Positions 45,331-45,788 of a stretch of DNA of 45,788 nucleotides are shown piece after piece. A program made the translations under genes and the position numbers. The stretch is from Candidatus Doudnabacteria bacterium. Its GTDB lineage: Bacteria; Patescibacteriota; Doudnabacteria; UBA920; O2-02-FULL-48-8. How positions within the stretch are numbered: the stretch's first letter is position 1; the number at the start of each line of letters is the position of its first letter. A model generated the notes under the pieces. That model ran no database searches. It had not been told where the DNA came from and saw nothing but the letters and a program-made list of their open reading frames with translations. Location of the stretch: assembly GCA_016186915.1 (NCBI GenBank), contig JACPKU010000007.1, positions 1 through 45,788 of the forward strand, given 5' to 3'.

Positions 45331-45788
45331 TCAGTTCACATCCTGCTGTTGCAGCCAGAGTTCGTTCCAGTTCGGTTTGCCCTTGACCACGGGTGACCCC
45401 GCCGCACAGTAGGGGCAATGATCCGGTTCGTAGGTCTGGACATCAAAGTGAAACGGAGAACGAACCGGTGTCCCGTCCGTCAACTCCCAATCTCCGCTCC
45501 GATGCACCAGCACCACCGCAAACTCGTCGAATTGCACCGGATGAGGGTTGGACTTCTGTACGGCCAGCTTGGTGGTGTACGTACTGCCGCCCCCCGTTGT
45601 CATGAGTTCATTCATGACAAGCACACGCTCCCCTTCCGGAATCTCACCGTTGAAGACCGTGGGGTTACCTTCTGCGTCCTTCTCCACAAAGGCGTACTGG
45701 GCACCCAATTGACGAGCCAATTCAGAGCCGAGAGTAACCGCCGCCATGGCCGAACTGACAACCCAGTCAACAGTGTCCATATCCTGCA
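45331..45788 (-). CDS. Orotate phosphoribosyltransferase-like (type I PRTase) protein, 5' end beyond the window
   Basis: ELARQLG..AFVEK, GERVLVMNELMTTGGGS (PRPP loop, NE in place of the usual ED/DD), Y.PD.CPYCAAG...VK C-terminus typical of short PyrE. Confidence 0.7.
   Translation of the reverse strand, partial: QDMDTVDWVVSSAMAAVTLGSELARQLGAQYAFVEKDAEGNPTVFNGEIPEGERVLVMNELMTTGGGSTYTTKLAVQKSNPHPVQFDEFAVVLVHRSGDWELTDGTPVRSPFHFDVQTYEPDHCPYCAAGSPVVKGKPNWNELWLQQQDVN

Overview
The window looks like a chromosomal segment of a Patescibacteria/CPR (Parcubacteria-like) bacterium. This is an inference from gene content and style: S-layer-like protein, split ComEC, lamin-tail LPxTG protein, PaaX/Cas2-like orphans, many short palindromic repeats. 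Housekeeping genes: HU, nusB, rpmF, groES/EL, mutM, ndk, a cyclophilin, hisS, tRNA-Gly and tRNA-Pro. There is also a coherent vitamin-B12 module: nrdR-nrdJ, a CobO/BtuR adenosyltransferase, a CYTH protein, DUF4430 and DUF6580 proteins, and a cobalamin riboswitch in front of a transcobalamin-like protein. The most unusual part is 16.2-21.35 kb. Five GC-richer, heavily base-paired, co-oriented segments of about 0.5-0.85 kb each carry 1-3 orphan ORFs with strong Shine-Dalgarno sites. Each starts GG and ends CCA on the + strand. They are separated by a family of AT-rich hairpins and lie downstream of a consensus promoter plus boxA. Two of the segments share a covarying RNA-like fold that pairs best antisense to the ORFs. 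No integrase, RT or RdRP is in the window. All protein family calls come from motif recognition by eye, not database searches.
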